Assembly: GCA_964016885.1 (NCBI GenBank)
Contig: OZ024757.1
Location: 13,082,001 to 13,146,000 of the forward strand
Direction of reading: 5' to 3'
Source of the DNA: Eledone cirrhosa
Lineage: Eukaryota
Length of the DNA stretch: 64,000 nt
The notes below the pieces were generated by a model that was not told where the DNA came from, ran no database searches, and saw nothing but the letters and a program-made list of their open reading frames with translations. Positions 27,501 through 41,800 of this stretch are shown here, piece after piece; within the stretch, counting starts at the first letter, position 1, and the number at the start of each line of letters is the position of its first letter. Made by a program: the position numbers and the translations under genes.

Positions 27501-30500
27501 AGACCTTAGACTTAGACTTAAACCATAACCCAAAGCCTTAGTCATAGACATAATCCCCAGCACCAAGCCGTAGACTTAGACTTAAAGCCCAACACCAAGC
27601 CTTAGACTTAGACTTAAACCCGAACCCCAAGCCTTAGAATTAGACTTAAACCCCAAATCGAAGCTTTAGACTTAAAATTAAACCCTAATTCGAAGCCTTA
27701 GACTTAGACTTAAACCCCAACCCCAAGCCTTAGACTTAGACTTAAAGCCCAACTCCAGGCCTTAGACTTAAATACTAAACCTCCAACCCTTAAACTTAGA
27801 TTTAATCCCCAACCCCTAGCCATAGACGTAAACTTAAACCCCAACTCCAAGATTTAGACTTAGAATTAAACCCCAACCCCAAGCCTTATGCATAAATTTA
27901 AGCCACAACACCAAGCCTTAGAATTAAACTCTAACAAAAAGACTTAATCTTAAAACCGAACCCCAACCCCAAGCTTTAGCCCAACCGGTAAACTTAAACC
28001 GCAACCCCAAGCCTTATATTTAGGATTAAACTGCAACCCCAAGACTTAGACGAGACTTAAACCTCAACCACAAGCATTAGACTTAGAATTAAACCCCAAC
28101 CCCAAGCCTGAGACTTACACTTAAACCCCAACAGTAACCCTTAGACTTAGACTTAAAACCCAAGCCATAGACATAGATATAAACCCCAACCCCAAGCCTT
28201 AGACTTAGACTTAAACCCCACACCAAGCCTTAGACATAAACCCTAACCCCAAGCCTTAGACTTAAACCCCAACCTCAAGCTTTAGACTAGGCTTAAACCC
28301 CAACCCCCAAGCCTTAGACATAAACCCCAACCCAAAGTCTTAGACAAGCACAAGCATTAGACATCGACATAAACCCCAACCACAAGCATTAGATTTAGAC
28401 TTGAACCCCAACCCCAAGTCTTAGACTTAGACTTAAACCCAAGCCTTAGACATAGACTTAAACCCCAACTCCAAGCCTTAGAATTAAACCTTAACCACAA
28501 GGCTTAGACATAAACCCCAACACCAAGCCTCAGACTTAGATTTAAACACCAACTCCTAGCCTTAGACTTAAACTTAGAACCCAACCGCTAGCCTTTGACT
28601 TAGATTTAAACCTTAGACTTAGACTTCAACCCCAATACCAAGCCTTAAACTTAAACCCCAAACCCAAGCTTTAGACTTAAGCTTAAACCCCAACCCCCAA
28701 GCCTTAGACTTAAACCCCAATCCAAATCTTAGACTTAGACTTAACCCCAAACCCAAAGACTTAGACTTAGACATAAAGCCGAAGCCATAGTCATAGATTT
28801 AAACCCCAACCCCAAGAGTTAGACTTAGACTTAAACCTCTACCCCAAGCCTTAGAATTAGACTTAAACCCAACCCAAAGCCTTAGACATACACTTAAAAC
28901 TCAACCCAAAGCCTTAGACTTAGACTTAAACCCCAACCGCAAGCCTTAGACATAGACATAAACCCCAAGCCGAAGGCTTTGTATTAACTTAAAATCCAAC
29001 CCCTAGCATTACACTTAGATTTAAACCCAAACACCAAGTCTTAGACTTAAACACAAACCCCAAGCCTTACATTTAGATTTAAACCCCAAACCAAAGCCTT
29101 AGACATAGACTTAATTCCCTACCCCAAAACCTAGCATTAAAGACCAACCCCAAGTCTTAGACGTAGACTTAAACCTCTACCCGAAGCCTTAGACTTAGAC
29201 TTAAACCCCAAACGAAAGCCTTAGATATAGACTTAAATTTCAACCCAAAGCCTTAGACTTAGACATAAAGCCGAAGCCATAGTCATAGATTTAAACCCCA
29301 ACACCAAGAGTTAGACTTAGTCTTAAACCTCTACCCCAAGCCTTAGAATTAGACTTATACCCAACCCAAAGCCTTAGACATACACTTAAAACTCAACCCA
29401 AAGCCTTAGACTTAGACTTAAACCCCAACCGCAAGCCTTAGACATAGACATAAACCCCAAGCCGAAGGCTTTGTATTAACTTAAAATCCAACCCCTAGCA
29501 TTACACTTAGATTTAAACCCAAACACCAAGTCTTAGACTTAAACACAAACCCCAAGCCTTACATTTAAATTTAAACCCCAAACCAAAGCCTTAGACATAG
29601 ACTTAATTCCCTACCCCAAAACCTAGCATTAAAGACCAACCCCAAGTCTTAGACGTAGACTTAAACCTCTACCCGAAGCCTTAGACTTAGACTTAAACCC
29701 CAAACGAAAGCCTTAGATATAGACTTAAATTTCAACCCAAAGCCTTAGACTTAGACTTACACCACAACCTCAAAACTTAGACTTAGACTTAAACCCCAAC
29801 CCCAAGTTTAGACTTCGACATAAAACCCAAACCACAAGACTTAAACCCCAACCCCAAGCCTTAGACATAGACTTGAACCCCAACCCCAAGCCCCAGACTT
29901 AGACTTAAAACCCAACCACTAACATTAGACTTAGACATAAAGTCCAAGCCATAGACATAGATTTAAACCCCAACCTCAAGACTTAGACTTAGACTTAAAT
30001 CCCAGCTCAAAGCCTTGGACTTAGACTTAAACCCAACCCCAAGCCTTAGACATACACGTAAGCCTTTGACTTAGCCTTTGACTTAGACTTACACCCCAAC
30101 TCTAAAGCTTAGATTTAGACATAAACCCCAACCCCAAGTTTAGACTTTGACATAAAACACAACCACACGACTTCAACCCCAACCCCAAGCCTTAGACTTA
30201 TACTTAAACCCCTACCTCTAGCATTAGACTTAGTCTTGAACCCCAACTCCAAGCCTCAGAATTAAACCATAACCACAAGACTTAGACATAAACCCCATCC
30301 CCAAGCCTTAAACTTAGACTTAAACACCAACTCCTAGCCTTAGACCTAGATTTAGATACCAGCCCCAGAACTTAGATTTAGACTTAAACCACAACCCAAA
30401 GCCTTAGTCATAGACATAAACCCCAACACCAAGCCTCAGACTTAGACTTAAAGCCCAACACCAAGCCTTAGACTTAGACTTAAACCCGAACCCCAAGTCT

Positions 30501-32500
30501 TAGAATTAGACTTAAACCCCAAACCGAAGCTTTAGACTTAAACTTAAACCCTAATTCGAAGCCTTAGACTTACACTTAAACACAAACACCAAGCCTTAGA
30601 CATAGTCTTCAACTTCAACCCAAAGCCTTAGAGTTAGACTTAAACCCCAACCCCAAGCCTTAGACTTAGACTTAAAGCCCAACTCCAGGCCTTAGACTTA
30701 AACCCTAAACCCCAACCCTTAAACTTAGATTTAAACCCCAACCCCAAGGCTTAGACTTAGACTTAAACCCCAACCCCTAGCCTTAGACGTAAACTTAAAT
30801 CCCAACTCCAAGACTTAGACTTAGAATTAAACCCCAACCCCAAGCCTTATGCATAGATTTAAACCAAAACACCAAGCCTTAGAATTAAACTCTAACAAAA
30901 AGACTTAATCTTAAAACCGAACCCCAACCCAAGCTTTAGCCCAACCCGTAAACTTAAACCCCAACACCAAGCCTTAGATTTAGGATTAAACTCCAACCCT
31001 TAGACGAGACTTAAACCCCAACCACAAGCATTAGACTTAGACTTAAACCCCAGCACTCTGCCTTAGATTTAGACTTAAACTCCAATCCCAAGCCTTAGAC
31101 ATAGACTTAAACCCCAACTCCAAGTTTAGACATCGACATAAACCCCAACCACAAGCATTAGACTTAGACTTAAACTACAACCCCAAGCGTTAGACTTAGA
31201 CTTAAACCCCAACATTAAGCCTTAGACTTAGACTTAAACCACAAGCCATAGACATAGATTTAAACTCCAACCCCAAGCCTTAGACTTAGACTTGAAACCC
31301 AACCCCATGTCTTAGACATAGACTTAAACCCAAGCCTTAGAATTAGACCTAAACCCCAACACCAAGCCTTAGACATAAACCCTTTACCCAAGCCTTAGAC
31401 TTAAACCCCAACCCCAAGCTTTAGACTTAGGCTTAAACCCCAACTCCAAGCCTTAGAATTAGACCATAAGCATAAGGCTTAGACATAAACACCAACCCCA
31501 AGTCTTAGACTTAGACTTAAACACCAACTCCTAGCCTTAGACTTAAACTTAAACCCAAACCCCTAGCCTTTGACTTATACTGAAACCCAAGCCTTAGACT
31601 TAGACTTAAACCCCAACAGCACCCTTAGACATAAACCCTAACCCCAAGCCTTAGACTTAAACCCCAACCCAAAATCTTAGACTTAGACTTAACCCCAAAC
31701 CCAAAGCCTTAGACTTAGACATAAACCCGAAGCCATAGACATAGATTTAAACCTCAACACAAAGCCTTAGACTTAGACTTAAACCCCAACCTCAAGCCTT
31801 AGACATAGACTTAAACCAAAAGCCCAAGGCTTAGACTTAACTTAAAACCCAACCACTAGCATTAGACTTAGGTTTAAACACAATCACCTAAGCCTTACAT
31901 TTAGATTTAAACCCCAAACCAAAGACTTAGACATAGACTTAATTACCAACCCCAAGCCTTAGACGTAGACTTAAACCTCTACCCAAAACCTTAGAATTAG
32001 ACTTAAACCCCAACCCGAAGCTTTATTCTTAAACTTAAACCCTATCCCGAAGCCTTAGACTTAGACTTAACCCCAACCCCAAGCCTTAGACATTGACTTA
32101 AATTTAACCCAAATCCTTAGACTTAAACCCCAACCCCAAGCCTTAGACTAAGACTTAGAGTCCAACTCCAGGCCGTAGACTTAAACCCTAACCCCAAGAC
32201 TTAGACTTAGACCTAAACCCCAACCCCAAGCCTTAGACTTAGAATTACACCCCAACGCCTAGCCTTAGACATAAACATAAACCTCAACACCAAGCCTTAG
32301 ATTTAGGCTTAAAATCCAACCCGAATCCTTAGACAAGACTTAAACCCAAACTACAAGCATTAGACTTAGACTTAAACCCCAAATACAAGCATTAGACTCA
32401 GTCTTAAACCCCAACTCCAAGCCTCAGAATTAAACCCTAACCACAAGCCTTAGACATAAACCCCATCCCCAAGCCTTAGACTTTGACTTAAACACCAACT
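24575..32500 (+). repeat. Diverged long-range paralog of ~6660-13200, interrupted by inserted or deleted blocks
   Basis: Rare markers are collinear: CTTACACGTAGATTTAATCCAC (~6666/~24577), GGCTGAAAATCCAAACCCAACCCTTACACAAATAG (~7886/26411), CCTGAGACTTACAC..CAGTAACCC (~8633/~28107), ACAAGCACAAGC (8941/~28344) and CGAAGGCTT.GTATTAAC (9632/28971). Confidence 0.82.
28762..29755 (+). repeat. Tandem duplication, unit 492 bp
   Basis: CGAAGGCTTTGTATTAAC at 28971/29463 and AACGAAAGCC at 29211/29703 both give offset 492. Confidence 0.92.
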
Positions 32501-35050
32501 CCTAGCCTTAGACTTAGATTTAAATACCAGCCCCAGACCTTAGACTTAGACTTAAACCATAACCCAAAGCCTTAGTCATAGACATAATCCCCAACACCAA
32601 GCCTTAGACTTAGACTTAAACCCGAACCCCAAGCCTTATAATTAGACTTAAACCCAAAACCGAAGCTTTAGACTTAAACTTAAACCCTAATACGAAGCCT
32701 TAGACTTAGACTTAAACCCCAGCCCCTAGCCTTAGACGTAAACTTAAATCCTAACTCCAAGACTTAGACTTAGAATTAAACCCCAACCCCAAGCCGTATG
32801 CATAGATTTAAACCACAACACCAAGCCTTAGAATTAAACTCTAACAAAAAGACTTAATCTTAAAACCGAACCCCAACCCCAAGCTTTAGCCCAACCGGTA
32901 AACTTAAACCCCAACCCCAAGCCTTAGATTTATGATAAAACTCCAACCCCAAGCCTTAGACAAGAGTTAAACCCCAACAACATGCATTAGACTTAGACTT
33001 AAATCACAGCACTATGCCTTAGATTTAGACTTAAACTCCAACGCCAAGCCTTAGACATAGACTTAAACCCCAACCCCAAGTTTAGACATCGACATAAACC
33101 CCAACCACAAGCATTAGACTTAGACTTAAACCAAAACACCAAGCCTTAGACTTAGACTTCAACCCCAACATTAAGCCTTAGAGTTAGACTTAAACAAACA
33201 AGCCATAGACATAGATTTAAACTCCAACCCCAAGCCTTAGACTTAGACTTGAACCCCAACCCCATGACTTAGACATAGACTTAAACCCAAGCCTTAGAAT
33301 TAGACTTAAACCCCAACACCAAGCCTTAGACATAAACCCTTTACCCAAGCCTTAGACTTAAACCCCAACCCCAAGCTTTAGACTTAGGCTTAAACGCCAA
33401 CTCCAAGACTTAGAATTAAACCATAACCATAAGGCTTAGACATAAACACCAACCCCAAGTCTTACACTTAGACTTAAACACCAACACCTAGCCTTAGACT
33501 TAAACTTAAACCCAAACCCCTAGCCTTTGACTTAGACTTAAACCCAAGCCATAGACTTAGACTTAAACACCAACACCACCCTTAGACATAAAACCTAACC
33601 CCATGCACTAGACTTAAATCCCAACCCAAAATCTTAGACTTAGACTTAACCCCAAACCCAAAGCCTTAGACTTAGACATAAACCCGAAGCCATAGATAGA
33701 TTTAAACCTCAACCCAAAGTCTTAGACTTAGACATAAACCCCAACCCCAAGCCTTATACATAGACTTAAACCAAAAGTCCAATGCTTAGACTTAACTTAA
33801 AACCAAACCACTAGCATTAGACTTAGGTTTAAACACAAACCCCCAAGCCTTACATTTAGATTTAAACCCCAAAACAAAGACTTAGACATAGACTTAATTC
33901 ACAACAACAAGCCTTAGACGTAGACTTAAACCTCTACCCAAAGCCTTAGAATTAGACTTAAACCCCAAACCGAAGCTTTAGTCTTAAACTTAAACCCTAT
34001 CCAGAAGCCTTAGATTTAGACTTAAACCCCAACCCCAAGGCTTAGACATAGACTTAAACCTGAACCCAAATCCTTAGAGTTAGACTTAAACCCCAACCCC
34101 AAGCCTTAGACTTAGATTTAAAACCCAACTCCAGGCCTTAGACTTAAACCCTAACCCCAAGTCTTAGACTTAGACTTACACCCCAACACCTAGCCTTAGA
34201 CATAAACTTAAACCCCAACACCAAGCCTTAGATTTAGGCTTAAAATCCAACCCCAATCCTTAGACAAGACTTAAACCCCAACTACAAGCATTAGACTTAG
34301 ACTTAAACCCCTACCTCTAGCATTAGATTTAGTATTAAACCCCAACTCCAAGCCTCAGAATTAAACCATGACCACAAGCTTCAGACATAAACCCCATCCC
34401 CAAGCCTTAGACTTTGACTTAAACACCAACTCCTAGCCTTAGACTTAGATTTAAATATCAGCCCCAGACCTTAGACTTAGACCTAAACCACAACCCAAAG
34501 CCTTAGTCATAGACATAATCCCCAACATCAAGCCTTAGACTTAGACTTAAAGCCCAACACCAAGCCTTAGACTTAGACTTAAACCTGAACACCAAGTCTT
34601 AGAATTAGACTTAAACCCCAAACCGAAGCTTTAGACTTAAACTTAAACCCTAATTCGAAGCCTTAGACTTAGACTTAAACACCAACTCCAAGCCTTAGAC
34701 ATAGACTTCAACTTCAACCCAAAGACTTAGAGTTAGACTTAAAGCCCAACTCCAGGCCTTAGACTTAAACCCTAACACCAACCCTTAACTTAGATTTAAA
34801 CCCCAACCCCAAGGTTTAGACTTCGACTTAAACCCCAACCCCTAGCCTTAGACGTAAACTTAAACCCCAACTCCAAGACTTAGACTTAGAATTAAACCAC
34901 AACCCCAAGCCTTATGTATAGATTTAAACCACAACACCAAACCTTAGAATTAAACTCTAACAAAAGTCTTAATCTTAAAACCGAACCCCAACCCCAAGCT
35001 TTAGCCCAACCCGTAAACTTAAAGCCCAACCCCAAGCTTTAGATTTAGGA
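30200..35050 (+). repeat. Second cluster of the ~2.1-kb higher-order repeat
   Basis: The GCCTCAGAATTAAA landmark is at 30253, 32421 and 34352, plus a partial unit at 27387. Block ~33200-35050 matches ~18700-20500 (GCTTCAGACATA at 19831/34378, offset 14547). Confidence 0.85.
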
Positions 35051-35057
35051 TTAAACT

Positions 35058-35260
35058 CCAACCCCAAGCCTTAGACGAGACTTAAACCCCAACCACAAGC
35101 ATTAGACTTAGACTTAAACCCCAGCACTATGCCTTAGATTTAGACTTAAACTCCAACCCCAAGCCTTAGATGAGACTTAAACCCCAACCACAAGCATTAG
35201 ACTTAGACTTAAACCCCAGCACTATGCCTTAGATTTAGACTTAAACTCCAACCCCAAGCC
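35058..35260 (+). repeat. Short tandem duplication, unit 95 bp (three monomers)
   Basis: TTAGA(C/T)GAGACTT...CCCCAGCACTATGCC starts at 35071 and again at 35166. Confidence 0.9.
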
Positions 35261-36779
35261 TTAGACATAGACTTAAACCCCAACCCCAAGTTTTGACATC
35301 GACATAAACCCCAACCACAAGCATTAGACTTAGACTTAAACCACAACCCCAAGCCTTAGACATAGACTTAAAACCCAACATTAAGCCTTAGACTTAGACT
35401 TAAACCACAAGCCAAAGACATAGATTTAAACTCCAACCCCAAGCCTTAGATTTAGACTTGAACCCCAACCCCAAGTCTTAGACTTAGACTTAAACCCAAG
35501 CCTTAGACTTAGACTTAAACCCCAACTCCAAGCCTTAGAATTAAACCTTAACCCCAACTCCAAGCCTTAGAATAAAACCTTAACCACAAGGCTTAGACAT
35601 AAACTCCAACCCCAAGCTTAAGACTTAGACTTAAACACCAACTCCTAGCCTTAGGCTTAAACTTAAAACCCGAACCCCTAGCCTTTGACTTAGATTTAAA
35701 CCCAAGCCTTGGACTTAGACTTCAACCTCAATACCAAGCCTTAGACTTAAACCCCAAACCCAAGCTTTAGACTTAGGCTTAAACCCCAACCACCAAGCCT
35801 TAGACTTAAATCCCAACCCAAAGTCTTAGACTTAGACTTAACCCCAAACCCAAAGCCTTAGACTTAGACATAAACCCCAAGACATAGTCATAGATTTAAA
35901 CCCCAACCTCAAGTCTTAGACGTAGACTTAAACCCCAACCTCAAGATTTAGACTTAGACTTAAACCCCAACCCCAAGCTTTAGACATCGACATAAACGTC
36001 AATCACAAGCATTAGACTTAGACGTAAACCCCAACCCAAGCCTTAGATTTAGACTTAAAACCCAAAATTAAGCCTTAGACTTAGACTTAAACCCCAAGCC
36101 ATAGACATAGTTTTAAACCCCACCCCAAGCCTTAGACTTAGACTTGAACCCCAACCCCAAGTCTTAGACTTAGACTTAAACCTCAACCACTAGCCTTAGA
36201 CGTAAATTTAAACCCCAAGCCCAACCTTTGACTTAGACTTAAACCCAAGCCTTAGATTTAGACTTAAACCCCAACACCAAGTCTTAGACATAAAGCCTAA
36301 CGACAAGCCTTAGACTTAGGCTTAAACCCCAACTCCAAGCCTTAGAATTAAACCATAACCACAAGGCTTAGACATAAACCCCAACTCCTAGCCTTAGACT
36401 TAGACTTAAACCCCAACTCCAAGACTTAGACCTAGAATTAAACCCCAACCACAAGCCTTATGCATAGACTTAAACCACAACACCAAGCCTTAGAATTAAA
36501 CACCAAGACTTATTCTTAAAACCGAACCCCAAGCCTTAGCCCAACCCGTAAACTTAAACCCCAACCCCATACCTTAGATTTAGGCTTAAAGTCAAACGCC
36601 AAGCCTTAGACAAGACTTAAAATCCAACCCAAGGCCTTAGACATAGACTAAAACCCTAAACTCAAGCTTTAAACATCGACATAAACACCAAAGACAAGCA
36701 TTAGACTTAGACTTAAACCCCAATCCCAAGCCTTGGATTTAGACTTGAACCCCAACCCCAAGCCTTAAACTTAGACTTA

Positions 36780-38075
36780 AACCCCAACTCCAAGTCTTAG
36801 ATTTAAACATAACCACAAGGCTTAGACATAAAACCCAAACCCAAGCCTTAGATTTAGACTTAAACACCAACTCCTAGCCTGACATTTAAACTTAAACCTC
36901 AACCACAAGCTTTTGACTTAGACTTAAACCCAAGCCTTAGACTTAGACTTAAATCCCAACACCAAGCCTTAGACATAAACCCTAACCCCAAGCCTTAGGC
37001 TTAAACCCCAACCCACAAGCCTTAGACTTAAACCCCAACCCAAATTCTTAGATTTAGACTTAACCCCAAACCCAAAGCCTTAGACTTAGACATAAACCTT
37101 AAGGCATATACATACATTTAAACCCCAACCTCAAGACTTAGACTTAGACTTAAACCCCAACCCCAAACTTTAGACTTAGACGTAATCCCCAACTTAGAAT
37201 TAAAAAATAACCACCAGCCTTAGACTTAAACCCAAACGCCAATACTTAGACTTAAACCCCAGACCACAAACAAATCCTTAGCCTTAGACTTAAATCCAAA
37301 CCCAATGACTTAGACTTAAACCCCAGACACAAGTCTTAGACATAGTTTAAAACCCAATCCCAAGCCTTAGACATAGTTTAAAACCCCAACCACAAACCTT
37401 AGACCTAGACATGAACCCCAACTCCTAGCCTTAGACTTAAAGTTAGACCCCAACACCAAGCTTTTGTCTTAGACTTAAACCTCAACAGCAAGCCTTAGAC
37501 CTAGACTTAAACCCCAGCACCAACACTTAGACTTAAACCCCAACCACAAGCCATAGACTTACACTTAAACCCCAAACCCAAGCCTTTGAGTTTGACTTAA
37601 ACCCAACCCCAAGACTTAGACATACACTTAAACCTCTACCCAAAGCCTTAGAATTAGATATAAATACCAACACCAGGCCTTAGACTTAGACTTAAACCAC
37701 AACCCAAAGCCTTAGTCATAGACATAATCCCCGAGCCAAAGCCTTAGACATAGTCTTAAACCTCAACCCGAAGCTTTAGACTTAGACTTAAACCCCAACC
37801 TCTAGAATTAGACTTAGACTTAAACCCCAACTTCAAGCCTCAGAATTAAACCCCCAACCAAAAGCCTTAGACTTTGACTTAAACACCAACTCCTAGCCTT
37901 AGACTTAGAATTAAACCCTAACAACAAGCCTTAGACTTAAAACCTAACCCCAAGCCTTAGCCCAACCCGTAAACGTAAACCCCAACCCAAAGATTAGATT
38001 TAGACTTAAACCACAACCCCAAGCCTTAGACATAGACTTAAACCCCAATCCCAAGCCTTAGACGTAGACTTAAAC
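36780..38075 (+). repeat. Diverged paralog of ~2740-4000
   Basis: Shared ordered markers at an offset of ~34 kb: GCCTGACATTTAAAC, TAAGGCATATA.ATACATTT (~3092/~37100), TAAAAAATAACCACCAGCC, AAATCCAAACCCAATGAC and CCTCTAGAATTAG. Confidence 0.85.
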
Positions 38076-38819
38076 CTCTACCCAAAGACTTAGAATTAGA
38101 CTAAAACCCTAAACCGAAGCTTTAGACTTAAACTTAAACCCTATCCCGAAGCCTTAGACTTAGACTTAAACCCCAAACCCAAGCCTTAGACATAGACTTA
38201 AACTTCAACCCAAACCCTTAGAGTTAGACTTAAACCCCAACCCCAAGCCTTAGACTTAGACTTACACCCCAACCCCAAAACTGAGACTTAGACTTAAACC
38301 CCAACCCCAAGTTTAGACTTCGACATAAAACCCAACCACAAGACTTGAACCCCAAGCCTTAGACTTAGACTTGAACCCCAAGCCCAAGCCTAAGACTTAG
38401 AATTAAAATCCAAGCACTAGCATTAGACTTAGACTTAAACTCCAAGCCATAGACATAGATTTAAACCCCAACCTCAAGACTTAGACTTAGACTTAAACCC
38501 CAAGCCCAAATTTTGAGTTTGACTTAAACCCAACCCCAAGACTTAGACATACACTTAAACCTCAACCCAAAGCCTTAGACTTAGATTTAAACCCCAACCC
38601 CAAGCCTTAGATTTAGACTTAAACAACAACTCCAGGCCTTAGACTTAAATCCTAACCCCAACCCTTACACTTAGACTTAAACCCCAACCAAAAGGCTTAG
38701 ACTTAGACTTAAATCCCAACCCCAAGTTTAGACTTCGACTTAAAACCCAACCACAAGACTTAAACCCCAACCCCAAGCCTTAGAATTAGACTTGAACCCC
38801 AACCCCAAGCCTAAGACTC

Positions 38820-41800
38820 AGACTTGAACCCCAACCTCAAGCCTTAGACTTAGACTTAAACCCCTACCTCTAGCATTAGACTTAGACTTAAACCCCAACT
38901 CCAAGCCTCAGAATTAAATCATAACCACAAGCCTTAGACATAAACCCCATCCCCAAGCCTTAGACTTTGACTTAAAACACAACCCAAAGGCTTAATCATG
39001 GATATAATCCCCAACACCAAGCCTTAGACTTAGACTTAAACCCGAACCCCAAGCCTTAGACTTAGACTTAATCCCCAGCATTAAGCTTTAGACTTAATCC
39101 CCAACTACAAGCCTTAGACTTAGACTTACACCCCAACACAAAGCCTTAGCGTTAGACTTGAAGATCGAGCGCAAGCGTTAGACTTAGATTTGAACCCCAA
39201 CCAAAAGCATAAGACTTAGACATAAAGCCCAACTCCAGGCCTTAGACTTAAACCCTAACCCCAACCCTAAACTTGGACTTAAACCCCAACTCCAAGACAG
39301 ACTTAGACTTAAACCCCAACCTCAAGCCTTAGACATAGACACTAACCCCAAACCAAAGCCTTAGACTTAGAATTAAACCCCAACCTTAAGCCTTATACAT
39401 AGACTTAAACCACAACACCACAAGCCTTAGAATTAAACCCTAACAACAAGACTTAGACTTAAAACCTAACCCCAACCCCATCCCTTAGATTTAGAGACCA
39501 ACACCAAGCCTTAGTCATAGACTTAAACCCCTACCCAAAGCCTTAGAATTAGACTTAAACCCCAAACCGAAGCTTTACACTTAAACTTAAGCCCTAACCC
39601 CAAGCCTTAGACTTATCCTTGAACCCCAACCCCAAACCTTAGAGTTAAACACCAACCACTAGAATTAGACTTAGACTTAAACTCCAAGACATAGACATAG
39701 ATTTAAATCCCAGCTTCAAACCTTACACTTAGACTTACTCCCCAAACCCAAGCCTTAGACGTAAACTTAAATCCCAACTCCAATACTTAGACTTAGACTT
39801 AAACCACAACCCCAAGCCTTAGAATTAAACCCTAACAACAAGCCTTAGACTTAAAACCTAACCCCAAGCATTAGCCCAACCCGTAAACCTAAACCCCAAC
39901 CCAAAGCCTTAGATTTAGACTTAAACCCCAACCACAAGCATTAGACTTAGACTTACCCCAACCACTAGCATTAGACTTAGACTTAAACTCCAAGCCATAG
40001 ACATAGATTTAAACGCCAACTTCAAGACTTAGAATAAGACTTAAACCCCAGCTCCAAGGCTTAGACTTAGACTTAAACCCCAACCCCAAGATTTAGACTT
40101 AGACTTAAACCCCAAACCCAAGCCTTTGACTTAAACTTAAACCTCAACCCCAAGGCTTAGACATAGATTTAAACGCCAAACCCAAGCCTTAGACTTAGAT
40201 TTAAACCTCAACCCCAGGCCTTAGACTTAGACTTAAATCACAACCCAAAGCCTTAGACATAGATTTAATCCCCAACACCAAGCCTTAGAGATAGACTAAA
40301 CCCCAACCACAAGCCTTAGACATAGACTTAAACCCCAAACCCAAGCCTTAGACTTAACTTAAAACCAAACCCCTAGCATTAGACTTATATTTAAACCCCA
40401 ACAGCAAGCCTTAGACTTAGACCCTAACCCCAAGCCTTAGACTTAAACCCCAACCCCAAGCCTTAGACTTAGGCTTAAAAATAAAACTCCAAAGCCTTAC
40501 ATTTAGATTTAAACCCAAAACCAAAGCCTTAGACATTGACTTAATTCCCAACCCCAACACTTAGACTTAAATACCAATCCCAAGCCTTAGACGTAGATTT
40601 AAACCTCTATACAAAGCCTTAGAATTAGACTTAAACCCCAAACCGAAGCTTTAGACTTAAACTTAAACCCTAACCGGAAGTCTTAGAGTTAGACTTAAAC
40701 ACCAACCCCAAGCCTTAAACTTAAACTTAAACCCCAACACCAAGGCTTAGAATTAGACTTAAACCCCAACTCCAAGACTTAGACTTAGACTTAAACCCAA
40801 CCTCCAGCGTTAGACATAGACACTAATACCAAACCAAAGCCTTAGACTTAGAATTAAACCCCAATCCCAAGCCTTATGCATAGACATAAACCACAACACC
40901 AAGCCTTAGAATTAAACCCTAACAACAAGACTTACTCCTAAAACCGAACCCCAACACCATGTCTTAGATTTAGACTTAAACTCCAAACCGAAGCCTCAGA
41001 CATGGACTTAAATCCCAACCCCAAGCGTTAGACATCGACATAAACCTCAACCACAAATATTAGACATAGATTTAAACACCAACCCCAAGCCTTAGACTTA
41101 GACGTAAACCACAAGTCATAGACATAGATTAAAACTCCAACCCCAAGACTTAGACTTAGACTTGAACCCCCACCACAAGTTTTTGACTTAGACTTAAACC
41201 CCAACAACAAGCCTTAGACATAAACCCTGCCCTCAAGCCTTAGGCTTAAACCCCAACTCCAAGCCTTAGAATTAAACCATAACCACAAGGCTTAGACATA
41301 AACCCAACCCCAAGCCTTAGACTTAGACTTGAACACCAACTCCTAGCCTTAGCCTTAAACTTAAACTCCAACCCCAAGCCTTAGACTTAGACTTAAACCT
41401 CGACCACCAAACCTTAGATTTAGATTTAAATACCAACCCCAGCCCTTAGACTTAGACTTAAACCACAACCCAAAGCCTTAGTCATAGACATCATCCCCAA
41501 CACTAAGCCTTAGCCTTAGACCTAAACCCCAACCCCAAGCCTTAGACTTAGACTTATACCCCAACCCCAAGTTTAGACTTCGACATAAAACCCAACCACA
41601 AGCATTAGACTTAGATTTAAACCCAACCTTAAGCCTTAGACTTAAATTTAAACCCCAAGCTATAGACATAGATTTAAACCCCAACCTCAAGCCTTAGACG
41701 TAGACTTAAACCCCAACACAAAGCCTTAGACTTAGACTTGAACACCAATCCCAAGCCTTAGATTTAGACTTAAACCTCGACCCCCAAGTCTTAGACTTAG

